Shown piece after piece: positions 61,307 to 64,000 of a DNA stretch of 64,000 nt. Position numbers and translations under genes: made by a program. Below the pieces are notes generated by a model. It was not told the DNA's origin, made no database searches, and saw nothing but the letters and a program-made list of their open reading frames with translations. The DNA lies in contig CM097882.1 of the NCBI GenBank assembly GCA_044892505.1, positions 232,562,001 through 232,626,000 on the forward strand, given 5' to 3'. This DNA is from Schmidtea nova. Its lineage: Eukaryota. The stretch's first letter is position 1. Each line of letters starts with the position of its first letter.

Positions 61307-62082
61307 AGCTATTGGGTATCACAAAACTTTACCTTTTATTAATTGTTTATTATATTTTTATTAATAAAGATACAAATTATTTTATTTAATAATATATCAG
61401 ATGACCCTAAAGAAAACCATTTTAAACAATAAAACGAATCTAATTTCTCTTTTAATTTCTTTTTACTTTAACTTCTCGTTTTATCTTCGACCAGAATGAC
61501 AATTTGTTTTGAATTGCCGCTCCTTTTATAGTAGTAATGTCAATCTCACTCATTAAAATAATTTAATAAACCTCACTCTAAGGCTCGGAGACTCGGCTAA
61601 AAATTTAAAATAAATTTAATTTGTTTTTAAACTTGACAGGCTGACAAATCATCTGTCAAACTCAAGGATTCTTGTTAATCAATTAAGTTAGTTTGTTTTT
61701 ATCAATTAATTTATTAATCAGTTAGGATTATTTGCATAAATTTTCTGGAGACCCCATTGATAATTATTAATAGTATATATAATTATTCTATTCAAACTCA
61801 TCTCATTATTTGACATCTGGTAATATCTATTTATTTTTAAATTTTTAAATTAAGTTTTCCCTTTTTTTTATTATTTTTACGAAATTATTACCTTGCACAG
61901 TTTTATGTTTATATTTGTTCAATTTATTCAACCCAATAAGTATAATTTACAGTTTCTCTTTTAAGTAAATAAAATTCTCTTGCGAAACATAGTTTGTGAA
62001 ACCGTGTCATAAACGTTCCCGAGCCACTGAACTTGGCTCTGTCAATTTAGGCTAATTTCCTAAATTACGATCTTCATAATTA

Positions 62083-62110
62083 CGTGGTGCGTTCAATAAG
62101 TTCCCGACGA
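62083..62110 (+). mobile_element. Solo mariner-type TIR
   Basis: TA|CGTGGTGCGTTCAATAAGTT resembles the TIRs at 26845/28127 and 47207. Confidence 0.5.
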
Positions 62111-62287
62111 AAATTTGAAAAAACAATATTCAATAATCCATTAAGTTTGTAGAATTCATTGATATTTGTATGTTTTAATTTTAGTTTTTGTTTGCTTGAA
62201 TTTTTGGTTGGTTACAATATTTCCGTATCTATTGAAATTAAGTTACAATCATGATTTTTGAAGTCAAGTATCGCAACAGTAGGTAGT

Positions 62288-63990
62288 TAGTGGCTCCCCA
62301 ACCCAGTGGCTCCCCAACCCACCCCCCCCCTAGAAAAAAAAGTGGGTTGGGGAGCCACTATGTTTTTTCGTCGATCTTTTGTATAGGAAAATTTTTGTCG
62401 GTCTTTTGTATAGGAAAAATTTTGTCGGTCTTTTGTACAGGTGGGTTGGGGAGCCACTATGTTTTTGGGTCGATCTTTTGTATAGGAAATTTTTGTCGAT
62501 CTTTTGAATAGGATTTTCTATTCCGAGATTTTTCTCGGCCAAAAAGGGACGCTGGTATTTTTGTACATGGAATTTTGGTCTGGTATTTTTGTATAGGATT
62601 TTGGTCTGGTTATTTTGAACAGGGATTTTTGGTCTGGTATTTTTGTATAGGATTTTTAGTCAGGTATTTTGTATAGGAATATTTTTGTCGGTCTTTTGTA
62701 TAGGATTTTCTATTCCGAGATTTTTCTCGGGCAAAAAGGGACACTAAAATTTTGTACAGGGATTTTGAACAGGGATTTTTGGTCTGGTATTTTTGTACAG
62801 GGAGTTTTGGTCTGGTTATTTTGAATAGAGAATTTTGGGTCAGTCTTTTGTATAGGAAATTTTTGTCGATCTTTTGAATAGGATTTTCTACTCCGAGATT
62901 TTTCTCGGGCAAAAAGGGACTCTGAAATTTTGTACAGCGATTTTTGGTCTGGTATTTTTGAATAGGATTTTTGGTCTGGTATTTTTGAATAGGATTTTTG
63001 GTCTGGTATTTTTGAATAGGATTTTTGGTCTGGTTATTTTGAATAGAGAATTTTGGGTCGATCTTTTGTATAGGAAATTTTTGTCGGTCTTTTTGTATAG
63101 GATTTTCTATTCCGAGATTTTTCTCGGCCAAAAAGGGACGCTGGTATTTTTGTACATGGAATTTTGGTCTGGTATTTTTGTATAGGATTTTGGTCTGGTT
63201 ATTTTGAACAGGGATTTTTGGTCTGGTATTTTTGAATAGGATTTTGGTCTGGTTATTTTGAATAGGATTTTCTACTCCCAGATTTTTTCTAGGGCAAAAA
63301 GGGACTCTGGATATTTGTATAGGGACTTTTATACAGGGATTTTTGGTCTGGTATTTTTGTATAGGATTTTTAGTCAGGTATTTTGTATAGGATTTTGGTC
63401 TGGATTTTTTGAATAGAATTTTCTACTCCCAGATTTTTTAGGGTAAAAAAGGGAATCTGGTAATTTTGAACTAAAAATTAAATGGTAAATAAAAAACACG
63501 TGTAAATTTTTTAAACTAGTAAAATACATTGAAATTATTTTGAATAGGGTTTTCAATTCCCACAATTTCTAGGGAAAAAATAGACTCTGGTAATTTTGAA
63601 CTAAATTTTTTATGGTAAATAAAAACACGTGTAAAATTTTTAAACTAGTAAAATAGATTGAAATTATTTTGAATTGTATTTTCTACTCCCAGATTTTTTC
63701 TAGGGCAAAAAGGGACTCTGGTAATTTTGAATAGAAATTTTAAATAAAGATTTAAGAAAAGGGTATTAAACACGTGATTTAATTAAATATGCAATAAAAC
63801 ATGGAGAATTTTACAAAAACAAAAGAATGACATAATTTTTAAAACTTAATGAAAAAGGGTAAAATTAAGGCAAAGTCAGAGTTGAAATGACATAATATTT
63901 AAAATTAAATAAAAAGGGTTAAATTAAGGCAAAGTCAGAGTTGAATGATGCAATATTTAAAATTTAATGAAAAAAGGGTAAATTTTTTTG
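62288..63990. repeat. Complex tandem repeat (20-22-bp subunits, 130-220-bp higher-order units)
   Basis: gatttttggtctggtatttttgtatag-type subunits. The marker ttttcta.tccgagatttttctcgg.caaaaaggga recurs at about 62523, 62715, 62893, 63112, 63277, 63428, 63559 and 63688. Confidence 0.85.
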
Positions 63991-64000
63991 GGCAATCTCG

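Noticed and set aside
62288-63990. CRISPR-like array or repetitive protein ORFs (KNPIQKYQT repeats)
   Set aside because: Eukaryotic context, no unique spacers and no cas genes. The ORFs are translations of the tandem repeat.
1-64000. tRNA, rRNA or spliceosomal snRNA genes
   Set aside because: No recognisable cloverleaf, rRNA or U-snRNA signature found by eye; the only tRNA-related sequence is the PBS.

Overview
Very AT-rich eukaryotic DNA with five N gaps (7587-7897, 14857-15321, 21455-21636, 46733-47029, 60283-60536). It is probably from an invertebrate animal, inferred from the nuclear-receptor-like sequence and GT-AG introns as short as 42 nt; the species cannot be identified. The window is mostly nested transposable elements: Tc1/IS630-like, mariner, maT-like, pogo, hAT (Buster-, Blackjack- and ZBED-type), MITEs, a Helitron, and several Penelope-like elements (PLEs) whose tails carry minimal hammerhead-ribozyme motifs. 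Host sequence is limited to exons of two divergently oriented Rab5-like GTPase genes and a proteasome alpha-6 pseudogene fragment. The standout is a young, full-length Ty3/Gypsy element (38790-44665, minus strand; 594-bp LTRs with one mismatch seen, CAATC target-site duplication, tRNA-Leu-type PBS). Its LTRs are mostly built from a captured nuclear-receptor coding fragment. That fragment reads in frame through the PBS into a ubiquitin-like domain ending RARGG, directly ahead of Gag-PR-RT-RH-INT. All homology calls are motif recognition by eye; no database searches were run.
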